The notes below the pieces were generated by a model. The model worked only from the letters and a program-made list of their open reading frames with translations. It was not told the DNA's origin and made no database searches. From Chloroflexota bacterium (lineage in GTDB: Bacteria; Chloroflexota; UBA11872; VXOZ01): a DNA stretch of 64,000 nt. Of this stretch, positions 43,614-52,878 are shown piece after piece (position 1 is the stretch's first letter; each line of letters opens with the position of its first letter). The position numbers and the translations under genes are program-made. The stretch covers positions 704,001 to 768,000 of the forward strand of contig OY760183.1 of the NCBI GenBank assembly GCA_963663275.1, read 5' to 3'.

Positions 43614-45086
43614 CTAGACAAATTTATCCGCATGACGAATTTTGCTTAACTCGTTCACAAGGTATTCTTGCGGCCTGTTGCCTTTCGTGCGGTTACAGTG
43701 TCCACAGAGCAGTTGCAGGTTATCCATGTGGTCTGTGCCGCCGCGCGAGCGTGGGATGACGTGATCAACTTCGAGCACCTTGAACGGAAACTCCATCTTG
43801 CAGCCGTTGCACTGCCCTTCCTGCTGTCCAAACAGCACGTGCTTGTTCCGGCGATAGTGAACCGGCGCGTCGATGTCGGTGCGCTTGGGAATATCGGAGC
43901 GGGACGTAACCAGCCGGTCGTGAAAGAGACCGCCCATAGAATCCGCAAGCCGGAATCTCACAAGCTCGACAGCCTTCGGCGAGAGGTCGATGCCAACCCA
44001 CTTGCGCCCCAGCGACTCGGCGGCGACGCAGGCGGTAGCGCAACCGCAGAACGGATCTAACACCACGTCGCCGGGGTTGCTGCTGGCCGCGACGATACGC
44101 TCCAACAATGCCAACGGCTTCTGCGTCGGGTAGCCGATGCGCTCCTTGGCTTGCGCTTGCACCGGCAGTATATCGCTGATGAAGTTGTTGCACTTCTGCC
44201 CGGGGGTGGACGCAAGGTATCGCTTTAGCCGTGGCAGCCCACCTTCCTTTTTTGGCCAGTGGAGCATTCCGGCCTCGTCTAGTGCCTCTAGTCGGTCGTG
44301 GACTCCCTTGATACTCTTGTAGCCGGGAATTACATTTTCCTCAATCCAATCTGCGTAAGACCCGACGCTCGGCACTGCCCAGTGCCGTCCACTTTCGGTC
44401 GGTTCTGCCTCCCTCCAAGGCTCGCCGCTCTCCCCGGTTCTCGTTTCGGCCGCCGTCAGGTCGGATGAACTGAACTGCCCGCGCTCATCTTCATTTCGGT
44501 AGAACTTGCGGATATAATCGGGGTCGTGCTCCACATAGACATTGTTCCACGTTGCCCCTTGTCCCGCGTAGTAGAGCAGCACGTCATACACACGCCCGTA
44601 CCGCTCGCCGTCCGAACGCCCGGTCGTCCGTTTCCACGCGATTTCGTTCCTGAAGTTTGCCGCGCCAAAGATGCTGTCCATCAGCAGCTTTAGGTAGTGG
44701 CTCGCCGTAGGGTCGCAATGAAGATAGATGCTGCCGCTCTCTTTCAGCACGCGCTTCATCTCCAACAACCGCACGGTCATCATGCACAGGTAGGATTGCA
44801 TCCCCTTGCCGTGCGTCAGGCCGGCCGTCTCAATCACTCTGTACACGGCGGGCTGCTCGTCGGCGATCAACCCCATCCACGCCACGTCCAGGTCGGAGAG
44901 CGTCCACGTGTCCTTGAACGCCGCGCCCGCTGCTTTAGAACCTACCGGCGCGGCGTAGGTACGGTTGGAGTTGAACGGCGGGTCGAGGTAGATAAGATCA
45001 ACGCAATTGCTGTTCAACCCTCGCAGAATATCGAGGTTATCTCCCGTCCAGATGGTCCTATTCGCAAAGTTGGGTTCTGTGCTCAT
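43614..45086 (-). CDS. Beta-class N6A/N4C DNA methyltransferase fused to a C-terminal HNH endonuclease
   Basis: DLIYLDPPF (motif IV), YPTQKP, VLDPFCGC (motif I); CNGC...VDHVIPRSRGG...NLQLLCGHCNRTKG. Confidence 0.92.
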   Translation of the reverse strand: MSTEPNFANRTIWTGDNLDILRGLNSNCVDLIYLDPPFNSNRTYAAPVGSKAAGAAFKDTWTLSDLDVAWMGLIADEQPAVYRVIETAGLTHGKGMQSYLCMMTVRLLEMKRVLKESGSIYLHCDPTASHYLKLLMDSIFGAANFRNEIAWKRTTGRSDGERYGRVYDVLLYYAGQGATWNNVYVEHDPDYIRKFYRNEDERGQFSSSDLTAAETRTGESGEPWREAEPTESGRHWAVPSVGSYADWIEENVIPGYKSIKGVHDRLEALDEAGMLHWPKKEGGLPRLKRYLASTPGQKCNNFISDILPVQAQAKERIGYPTQKPLALLERIVAASSNPGDVVLDPFCGCATACVAAESLGRKWVGIDLSPKAVELVRFRLADSMGGLFHDRLVTSRSDIPKRTDIDAPVHYRRNKHVLFGQQEGQCNGCKMEFPFKVLEVDHVIPRSRGGTDHMDNLQLLCGHCNRTKGNRPQEYLVNELSKIRHADKFV

Positions 45087-45147
45087 TGCCTCTGCCACTA
45101 TGCGCGCATCATGCTTCGTTACGTGGTAGCCACTTGCTCCACGAACC

Positions 45148-45411
45148 TTAGGAGACCTTGTCGTGCTCTTCGACGAGGGGGGTCAGGTCGGTCGGAGCCT
45201 TGCCGGTCTGGTCCATTTGGTATTCGATAGCCGCACTGGGGCTGGGTGGATCAATCGGGTAGTGCTCCGCTGCATAGACTTCGACTAGGTCAACGAGGTT
45301 TTCGAGTTCATCACCCTCGGGAGTGCCTAGCGGCGCGTGGAATATCTCATGAATCCTGGCGAGCGCGGCTTCGTACTCTTCCTCCGTGCGGATGGGTTCA
45401 CTAATTGCCAT
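45148..45411 (-). pseudogene. higA: HigA-type antitoxin lacking its C-terminal HTH
   Basis: PIRTEEEYEAALARI...GTPEGDELE.L..LVE.Y...HYPIDPP; stops at the start of the HTH. Confidence 0.75.
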
Positions 45412-45413
45412 TC

Positions 45414-45706
45414 CTACACCCTCTCAACGTCTATGCGATTATACGCCGCGTGTGTGCCGGTGAAGCGGATGAAAATCAGACCGCGGACGTAGTTGATTTC
45501 CACTACCAGCCGGCAGGCAGCGCCCTTTATTCTGAAGACCGCGCATTACTGTCAACGATGCTGGCTTGGGGGTACCGCGCTCTCACTCTTGCTGGCGTGT
45601 CCCAGTCGGCCCTGCGGACTCGTGCGTGCCAACGTTCGAGCGGCTGCTTGGCGTCCGGGTGACGTTCCCAGAACTCCCTGAGCGTCCTTTTGGCGATAAT
45701 GCGCAC
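45414..45706 (-). pseudogene. higB: HigB-type toxin with a 1-bp frameshift near 45545 (absent from the ORF track)
   Basis: MRIIAKRTLREFWERHPDAKQPLERW...WDTP...YPQASIV, then in a shifted frame AVFRIKG...RLVVEINY...FIRFTGTHAAYNRID. Confidence 0.85.
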
Positions 45707-45792
45707 AACGAGCTTTTGTTGCTTCCCCTCTTTAAAGCCAATTATACACCCTGCTTAAGGCGGCGCAGCCTGCGAAAACCTGGCGCTTTCGC

Positions 45793-46602
45793 CTAGCTTG
45801 CGCCGGATTTGCCGAGGAAGACCTGGGTGAGGATGTCGGAGGCGCGGATGTCGTGGGGGGCGCCGGTGAAGGCGATGCGGCCTTTATCCAGGACGTAGGC
45901 GCGGTCGACGATGTCCAGCACGCCTTTGATGTTGTGCTCCACGATCATGATGGTGGTCTTGAGGGTCTCGCTGATTTCGGAGACGCGCTCGAAGACCTCT
46001 TTCACCACGATGGGGGCCAGGCCGAGCGTCGGTTCATCCAGCAGGAGCACGTCGGGAGCGGCCATCAGGCCCCGGCCCAGGGCGAGCATCTGTTGCTGGC
46101 CGCCGGACATTGCGCTGGCCAGGTCGCGGCGCTTGCTTTCCAGGATGGGGAAGATGCGCATCACCTCGTCCAGGCGGCGCGCTTTTTCCGCCTTGTCTTT
46201 CAGGTAGAGGCAGCCCATCTCCAGGTTTTCCTCGATGGTGAGGTGGGTGAAGACGCGCCGGCCCTGGGGGACGAAAGCGATGCCTTCTTTCACGATCTCG
46301 TGGGTGGCCGCCGCCAGCCGCGCCTGCCGCCACAGCACCTCGCCGGCCACCACGGGCGCCAGCCCCATGATGGCCTTCAGCACGGTGGATTTGCCGGCGC
46401 CGTTGGGGCCCATCACAGCCACCACCTCGCCCCGGCGCACGCCCAGCGAGACGTCGTGCAGCGCCACCACCGCGCCGTAGTGCACGGTGATGCCGGAGAG
46501 TTCGAGGAGCGGCCCGCCGTTGGCTGCGGCTGCGCCGGCGTCGGGGGCGGCCGGTGGCGCGGCGGGATTCTGCTCTGCGGTTGTGTCTTGCGGTGTTTCC
46601 AT
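45793..46602 (-). CDS. Branched-chain amino acid ABC transporter ATPase (LivF-like)
   Basis: GPNGAGKS, VPQGRRVF, MSGGQQQM, LLDEP. Confidence 0.92.
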   Translation of the reverse strand: METPQDTTAEQNPAAPPAAPDAGAAAANGGPLLELSGITVHYGAVVALHDVSLGVRRGEVVAVMGPNGAGKSTVLKAIMGLAPVVAGEVLWRQARLAAATHEIVKEGIAFVPQGRRVFTHLTIEENLEMGCLYLKDKAEKARRLDEVMRIFPILESKRRDLASAMSGGQQQMLALGRGLMAAPDVLLLDEPTLGLAPIVVKEVFERVSEISETLKTTIMIVEHNIKGVLDIVDRAYVLDKGRIAFTGAPHDIRASDILTQVFLGKSGAS

Positions 46603-46713
46603 TGGGTTGTCCTGGGTTAACCTCTGCGCGCGTGCGGGTTCGAGGTGCGGCATGTGTCCTCTTGAGTTGTAGTGCGGCTGATTTTCCCCCCTCACCCCGG
46701 CCCTCTCCCGGCG

Positions 46714-46853
46714 GAGACCCTTGCATAACCCCTTCCCCATCGAGGGGGAAGGTTGGGATGGGGGTGTAAAGGATTGAAAACAGGCTATTCTTAGTTGTAA
46801 CTGCGGTCTGGATTCCGGCTTTCGCCGGAATGACAGAGTTATGCAAAGGTCTC
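46714..46853. mobile_element. MITE family A (140 bp) with 5-bp TSD CGGCG
   Basis: TIRs present; an empty paralogous target lies at 47022-47110. Confidence 0.9.
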
Positions 46854-47164
46854 CGGCGGGAGAGGGGGCGGAAATCGGAGCATGGGCAACCGCCAACGTC
46901 CGCTATCCGGCCGGTTTCCGCTAGCCGGACATGTTGGACTTTCCGGTCAGGTTCGATTGACGCAACGCCACACGCCAGTAAGGGGGTGTGGTATGTATCC
47001 TCTCAAACTGCCTTTGTTCCGCTGATTCCCCCCTCACCCCGGCCCTCTCCCGCCGGGAGAGGGGGCGGAAATCGGAGCTTGGGAAACCGCCAACGTCCGC
47101 TATCCGGCCGCGCTCGGTTTATCGGTCGCGTTCGCTAATCCGGTCATGTTCGCTTGGCGCAACG

Positions 47165-47926
47165 CTACGCGCCCAGGTAGGCCTGTATCACCTTCGGTTG
47201 GCTCAAGACCTCATCCACGTCGCCTTCCGCCAGCAGGCTGCCGCTATCCAGCACGATCAAGTGATCGGAAAGCTCCCGCACGATGTCCATGTTGTGGGAG
47301 ATGAAGACGATAGTATCGCCCTGTTCTCTCATGCGGTTCATCACCTCTTTCACCGTCTCCACCATCTCCGGAAAGAGGCCGGCAAAGGGTTCGTCGAAGA
47401 GGTAGATGTCGGCCTCCATCGCCATGGCGCGGCCGATTTCCAGCAATTTGCGCTGGCCGTAGGAGAGATTCTCGGCCAGGGCGTCCCGCTTCTCCCACAG
47501 GCCGACGTTTTGCAGGATGCCGCGCGCCTTATCCCGGCGCGCCGGTTTCATGCGTTCCAGCAGGGCGGGGAAGAGCCCCCGCGCGGTCAAGACCACCATG
47601 ATGTTGTCCCACACGGTGACCTGGTCGAAGAGGCGCACCTCCTGGAACGTGCGGGTCAAGCCGTTTTCGGGGTTCTCGTGGGCTTTCACCACCTTCAGGC
47701 TGTTGCCGTCCAGGACCACGATGCCGCCGTCCAGGGGCAGCACGCCGCTCAGCAGGTTCACCAGGGTGGATTTTCCCGACCCGTTCGGTCCCACGATGCT
47801 GGTCAGACCCCGTTTGGGAATGGAGATAGAGAGTCTCCGCACCGCCTTCACCGCGCCGAAGTGCTTGGAGATGTCTTCGGTCTGTATGGCGAAAGGCTCG
47901 TCGATCGCGTTCCCGCCGTTTCTCAT
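47165..47926 (-). CDS. ABC transporter ATPase (LivG-like)
   Basis: GPNGSGKS, RTFQ, LSYGQRK, FDEPFAG, AYLG. Confidence 0.92.
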   Translation of the reverse strand: MRNGGNAIDEPFAIQTEDISKHFGAVKAVRRLSISIPKRGLTSIVGPNGSGKSTLVNLLSGVLPLDGGIVVLDGNSLKVVKAHENPENGLTRTFQEVRLFDQVTVWDNIMVVLTARGLFPALLERMKPARRDKARGILQNVGLWEKRDALAENLSYGQRKLLEIGRAMAMEADIYLFDEPFAGLFPEMVETVKEVMNRMREQGDTIVFISHNMDIVRELSDHLIVLDSGSLLAEGDVDEVLSQPKVIQAYLGA

Positions 47927-48978
47927 AGCCTATACCTCCCCACCAGGCCCTGAGGCCGAAAGAGCATGAGCAGCACCAGCAGAATGCCCAGCACCACCAG
48001 CCGGGCCTGTCCCACGTGGATAGTCGGCAGGAAAGGCAGGAAGCGCATGCCCTCTTCCAGCAGCACGAAGGCCATCGCGCCCAGCAGCGAACCCCAAATG
48101 GTGGCCAACCCGCCGAGGATTACGATGGCGACCAGCAGCATCGACTCCAGCAGAATGAAGGAATTGGGGTCTACGAAACTCGTCCAACTGGCAAACAACC
48201 CGCCGGCCAGACCCGCCATCATCGCCGATATAGTCCAAACCGCCAGCTTGTAATGGGTGGTCCGGTAACCGAAAACCGCAATCGCCTGTTCGTCCTCGCG
48301 GATGGCGGTCAGCACGCGCCCGAACGAGGAGGTCACGATCAGCCAGGAGAGCAGCACGATGAGCGCGAGAAACGCCAGCACGAACAGGAGAAACTCCAAT
48401 TCGCCATCCAGCGCCCACGCGCCGATCTGCGGCCGGCCGATTTCGTGAATGCCGAACGCGCCCCGGGTGAGATTGCGCCAGTTCAGGAAGACGTTGAAGC
48501 TGATGATGGCGAAGCCGAACGAAACGAGCACGTAGATGTCGTCCCGGAAGCGATTGAAGACCACGCCGACCGCGATGGCAACCACCCCGGCCAGGAGCAC
48601 GCCCACCGGCAGCGCGGCGAAGAACGGCCAACCGAAGGTGGGGATGGCCTCCGTGCGCAGTTGCTCGTACTTGGCGTCCGACGTGAGGATCGCCACGGTG
48701 TACGCGCCAATGCCGAAGAAGCCCACGTGCCCCACCGAGAGCAGGCCGGTGAACCCCACCACCAGGTTCAGGCTCACGCTCAGAATGGCCCAGATGGCAA
48801 AGACGGTGCCCACCGTAATGGCAAAGCCGACGCCCTGCCACAGCATGAAGCCGAGCGCCCACGCGATGATGAGCAGGTTGGCCCATAGTTCCACGTTGCC
48901 CCTGGCGGTTGCCAGGAGTTCTCGTGGATTGCGCCGCAGCCGCGTCATGATTCCGTTGCTTTCCATTTCCGTTTGCAC
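47923..48978 (-). CDS. ABC transporter permease (LivM-like)
   Basis: SLNLVVGFTGLLSVGH, FGRVLTAIREDE, ILGG, FRPQGL. Confidence 0.9.
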   Translation of the reverse strand: MQTEMESNGIMTRLRRNPRELLATARGNVELWANLLIIAWALGFMLWQGVGFAITVGTVFAIWAILSVSLNLVVGFTGLLSVGHVGFFGIGAYTVAILTSDAKYEQLRTEAIPTFGWPFFAALPVGVLLAGVVAIAVGVVFNRFRDDIYVLVSFGFAIISFNVFLNWRNLTRGAFGIHEIGRPQIGAWALDGELEFLLFVLAFLALIVLLSWLIVTSSFGRVLTAIREDEQAIAVFGYRTTHYKLAVWTISAMMAGLAGGLFASWTSFVDPNSFILLESMLLVAIVILGGLATIWGSLLGAMAFVLLEEGMRFLPFLPTIHVGQARLVVLGILLVLLMLFRPQGLVGRYRL

Positions 48979-48984
48979 GCGCGC

Positions 48985-50334
48985 CTACTTTCGTGGCAAG
49001 AGGCCCTTGGGCCAGAACGAGAGAAAGAGAATCAAGAGTATGAAGGAGATCACGTCGCGCCACTCGCCCGCCAGGTCCCAGATGCCGAATTGTTCGATCA
49101 TGCCCAGCACGAACCCGCCCACAATGGCGCCGTTCAGATTGCCGATGCCGCCGACCACTGAGGCGATCCAGCCTTTCAGGAGCAGCAGCAGGCCCATGCG
49201 GGGTTGAATGGCCGTATCGTGGCCGCTGAGCAGGCCGGCCATGGCGGCGTAGACCGCGCCGATGAAGAAGACCACGGCAACCACCGTGGTGGTGTTGATG
49301 CCCACCACTTTCGCCACCTCTTCATCGTCGCCGATGGCGCGCACCGCCTTGCCAAACGCCGTGCGCTTGAGCAGGAAGAGCAGAAACAGGAAGCCCGCCA
49401 GCGCCACACCGACGGTGAAGACGTTGAAGCCCTTGATGCTGGCGCCGGCGATTGTCCACGGCTCGTTGCCGAGCGCCTCCGGCAGGGGGCGCGGCGTGCT
49501 CTCGAAGACGATGCTGGTGAAGGCGGTGATTGACAGCAGTATGCCCAGTGAGGCGACCAGCATGATCAACGGCGAATGCGATCGCTGCCGCATGTACACG
49601 TACAAGCCCCGGTAGAGGGCGAGACCGACCACTCCCGCCAGAAAGCAGGAGACGCCCCAACTCAGGTAGAGTTTCGTATCCGGCGCGTTGGCGATGAGGT
49701 AGCCGCAGTAAGCGCCCAGCGCGGTTGCCGCAACGCCCGTTACCGCCAGCAGCGCCCGCAAGGCGCGGCCCCCGACAACGCCCTGATAGGCGTGATACAG
49801 CAGCCAGGTGGCAAGCGCGGCCAAGCCAACGCCGATCACCGGGCTGAGGATGAGGTGCAGTTCCTTGGGATAAGAGAGCGCGACGCCGGTGTAGACGCCC
49901 GCGCCGGCCGCCAGAAGGCCCACGATGCCGCGCGAAACGACCGGCCGCAGGCGCGGCCGCAAGCGGGGATACAGGCTCTCATACAGGACCCAGGCGACGA
50001 CACCCGCGGTTACCGCTGCAAAGAGCGCGTTCACGACAAGGCTGTTTACCGCGTAGATGCCGCCAAGTGTCTCTTGCGAACGCAGGTAGAAGACGCCGTA
50101 CGCGCCCAGCGTAGCCGCCGCGCCATAGTAGAGATCGAAGTACCACACGGTGCTGTAGACCAGGGTAAACCCGATGGCCAGCAGCGCGTACACGGCGCCG
50201 ACGGACAAGCCGTTGAAGACGAACTGCACGGCTTGTTCGGCGGACTGGCTGAACTTCCAGCCAACATACGCCGCGGCCGCCGCGGTAAGCGCAATCGCCA
50301 GGAGGTTATTCAGGCTGATACGTTGGGCAATCAA
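48985..50334 (-). CDS. ABC transporter permease (LivH-like) with extra TM segments
   Basis: NGLSVGAVYALLAIGFTLVY, FGKAVRA, VVGGIG, PKGL; TTG start after AAGGGAG. Confidence 0.88.
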   Translation of the reverse strand: MIAQRISLNNLLAIALTAAAAAYVGWKFSQSAEQAVQFVFNGLSVGAVYALLAIGFTLVYSTVWYFDLYYGAAATLGAYGVFYLRSQETLGGIYAVNSLVVNALFAAVTAGVVAWVLYESLYPRLRPRLRPVVSRGIVGLLAAGAGVYTGVALSYPKELHLILSPVIGVGLAALATWLLYHAYQGVVGGRALRALLAVTGVAATALGAYCGYLIANAPDTKLYLSWGVSCFLAGVVGLALYRGLYVYMRQRSHSPLIMLVASLGILLSITAFTSIVFESTPRPLPEALGNEPWTIAGASIKGFNVFTVGVALAGFLFLLFLLKRTAFGKAVRAIGDDEEVAKVVGINTTTVVAVVFFIGAVYAAMAGLLSGHDTAIQPRMGLLLLLKGWIASVVGGIGNLNGAIVGGFVLGMIEQFGIWDLAGEWRDVISFILLILFLSFWPKGLLPRK

Positions 50335-50349
50335 GCGGTTCTCCCTTAG

Positions 50350-50860
50350 GAAGCCTTTGCCAAATCTCACCGAGAGGCGGACAGTCCCTTCTCACTCTGG
50401 AAACCTTTGCGTAACCCCTTCCCCATCGAGGGGGAAGGTTGGGATGGGGGTGAAAGTACCCTGGATTCCGGCTTTTGCCGGAATGACGGAGTTACGCGAA
50501 GATCTCCAAAGTAAGCGGGAGGCTTCTCGCCTGCCGGATCTCGTTATGCAAGAATCTCCATTGCGGTCATTGTGCGTAGCGCCTTGACAGAGATTGCGTT
50601 CGTTTCTTGCGCCAAGAAGCGGGAGGGCAAGCCCCCGCGCTACCGGGGAGCGGCGGCCTCAAGCCAGCCGGCAGCATGATACGCCGGACAACCCCTTGCG
50701 TCACGGCCTGCCGGGCAAGAGGCGGGGGACGAGCCCCCGCGCTACGGTTTAGAGGGAAGCGAGTGTCCGCGTCCGTCATTCCGGCGGAAGCCGGAATCCA
50801 TCTTCCCTGCCGTATCGCGGAGCGCCGCCGCCCTGGACTCCGGCATCCGCCGGAGTGACA
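50350..50860. repeat. Cluster of a deleted MITE-A (50400-50506) and several REP hairpins
   Basis: GAAACCTTTGCGTAAC, GGATTCCGGCTTTTGCCGGAATGAC, GCCCCCGCGCTAC x2, GTCATTCCGGCGGAAGCCGGAATC. Confidence 0.75.
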
Positions 50861-50941
50861 GAATTAACACCCTCTTGGCGGCAACGCGCCTGTCCGTTAT
50901 TCGCGGGGCGGTGCCAAGCGCCTTGCAGACGCCCTCGCCCG

Positions 50942-52141
50942 CTACTCGCGCGGCGCGTTACCCAACACCGTGTAGCCGTGATTCTCCGGCGTGCGCTCGG
51001 CAACGGGCAGCACCTCCACCACCAAGCGGGAGAGGCCCACCACCTCGCCGTCGGCGTCGAAGCTATAGTTATTGCCGATTGCGCCGCTCCACGTAATCTC
51101 GTACATGCAGTCGCGGAAGCCGTCGGCGTCCTGGTCGTCGCCGGTGCGCCTCAGGCATTCGGCGGCGATGTACACGTTGTCATAAGCGGAACCCAGGTGC
51201 CACGGCAGGGTGATGTAGTCGTAGCGCGCCCGGAAGTTGGCCAGCACCTCTTGGGCTTTCGCGTTGTCGGGATGCAGGTCCGCCGTGATTGCCTTCATGC
51301 CGGTGGCGTCCTCGCCGGCGATTTCCAGCGCCGTAGTGCCGACCGAGATCGTCTCGGCGTAGATGGGGCCTTGGTAGCCCAACTCCCGCGCCTGCTTGAT
51401 GATAACCCCGGCCGCGAACTCGGATTGCGGCGCCAGGTGGAGCGCGTCCGGTTCGGCGTCCAGCAATTTGGTCAGTTGCGTGCGGAAGTCGGTCACGTCG
51501 GAGGCATAGGACTCCGCCGCCGCCACCTCGCCGCCCCGTTTGGTGAACTGCGCCACCGTAGTGCGGCGCACGCCTTCGGCGTAGTCGGTGGCCTCGGTGA
51601 TGGTGGCCAACCTGCGCACGCCGTCCGCCCACATCACGTTGCCGGTGGCGATGCCGACCTCCACGTCGCTGATCTGGGTGCGAAAGATGTAGTCGCCGGC
51701 GTTGGCGATGTCCGGGTTGCTCGCCAGGCCGGAAAACAGGATGACCCCGTCCGCCTCCGCCAGCGGGGCGACCCCGAGCATGGCGCCGCTGCACGAGGTG
51801 CCCAGGATGATCTTCACGCCGTCCACGTCGGTCAGCTTGCGGTAGGCGGCGACCGCTTCCTTGGCGCTGCACTGGGAGTCTTCCACCACGAACTCCAGCC
51901 GGCGGCCGTCGATGCCGCCCGCGGCGTTGATTTCGTCCAGCGCCATCTGCTTGGCGCGCACGGCCACGTTGCCGTAGGTCTCGCCGGGGCCGGTGAGCGA
52001 CTCCATCACGCCAATTCTGTAAGGCGGCTGCTCGTCCTCCGGCGCGGCCTGCTCCGTATCCCCGGCGGCGCAACCGGCGATGAGCGACGCCAACAGCGCC
52101 AGCGCCAGGAGCGAGACTAATCGAATCAGTACGGGCCGCAT
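50942..52141 (-). CDS. ABC transporter substrate-binding lipoprotein (LivK/LivJ-like), copy 1
   Basis: Lipobox IAGC; EINAAGGIDG, VEDSQC, GTSCSG, YIFRT, TDFRTQLTK. Confidence 0.92.
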   Translation of the reverse strand: MRPVLIRLVSLLALALLASLIAGCAAGDTEQAAPEDEQPPYRIGVMESLTGPGETYGNVAVRAKQMALDEINAAGGIDGRRLEFVVEDSQCSAKEAVAAYRKLTDVDGVKIILGTSCSGAMLGVAPLAEADGVILFSGLASNPDIANAGDYIFRTQISDVEVGIATGNVMWADGVRRLATITEATDYAEGVRRTTVAQFTKRGGEVAAAESYASDVTDFRTQLTKLLDAEPDALHLAPQSEFAAGVIIKQARELGYQGPIYAETISVGTTALEIAGEDATGMKAITADLHPDNAKAQEVLANFRARYDYITLPWHLGSAYDNVYIAAECLRRTGDDQDADGFRDCMYEITWSGAIGNNYSFDADGEVVGLSRLVVEVLPVAERTPENHGYTVLGNAPRE

Positions 52142-52191
52142 GGCATATTCCTTGAGGTGAGAGTGCGCGAAAGCAGCTATTTCGTTAGGTA

Positions 52192-52220
52192 CTCTAGCAT
52201 CATTGCGTCAATGCCGCAAA
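52192..52220 (-). promoter_or_regulatory. Sigma70-type promoter conserved upstream of both SBP genes
   Basis: TTGCGG-17 bp-TAGAGT with extended TG; second copy TTGCGG-17 bp-TACTGT near 54130-54158. Confidence 0.6.
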
Positions 52221-52399
52221 TGCGCGGCCCGGCGGCGGCGCGTGGACGCCGGTACGAGGAGAGCGCGCCCCGGGCCGGCGGCTGCCGCTGCCATTCGGAT
52301 TGAATAGACGGGGGAAGCGGCCGCGTCGGCCTTGATTGGCTGGGGAACTGGCCGCGCGTGCGTCTCTTGCGTTCATTCGCTCCGGCAGCGCCCGCGGCC

Positions 52400-52830
52400 C
52401 CCGCGCTTCGACAGGCTCAGCGCGAACGGTCTTGGCAGTACATCCAATGACTGCTCTATTGAGAAAGTGCCTGCCCTAGCGAGAATACGGACTGCTATAG
52501 AAGACCTTTGCTGACCTTGCGGAGAGGCGAACAGTTCCCTCTCCTGGGGGAGAGGGTTAGGGTGAGGGGAGATTCTGCGGCGAGTCGTGCCCAAACCATG
52601 CGGAATGGAGCCGAGCCTACGAGGATTCCCCCTCACCCCGGCCCTCTCCCCTAGTGAGAGGGAGTTTCAGCGCGCCGACCGGGGTTACGCAAAGGTCTCC
52701 TCAGGGAGAAGGAGTTTCAATGCGCTGACTGGGGTTGCGCAAAGGTCTCTTGGGATTACGCAAAGGTCTCTTTAGAGAGCAAAAAGAGAGCATCCGTTCG
52801 TCCTGAGCTTGTCGAAGGATGAACGGATGC
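52400..52830. repeat. Composite repeat cluster: MITE-A left end at 52501 with three right ends, CCCTCTCC hairpins, TTCGACAGGCTCAG-type REPs
   Basis: GCAAAGGTCTC ending near 52699, 52749 and 52770. Confidence 0.75.
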
Positions 52831-52878
52831 TCTCTCTGAAGGCCATTTAGAGACTCGTGAAGCAACGGGCTTTGGCCG

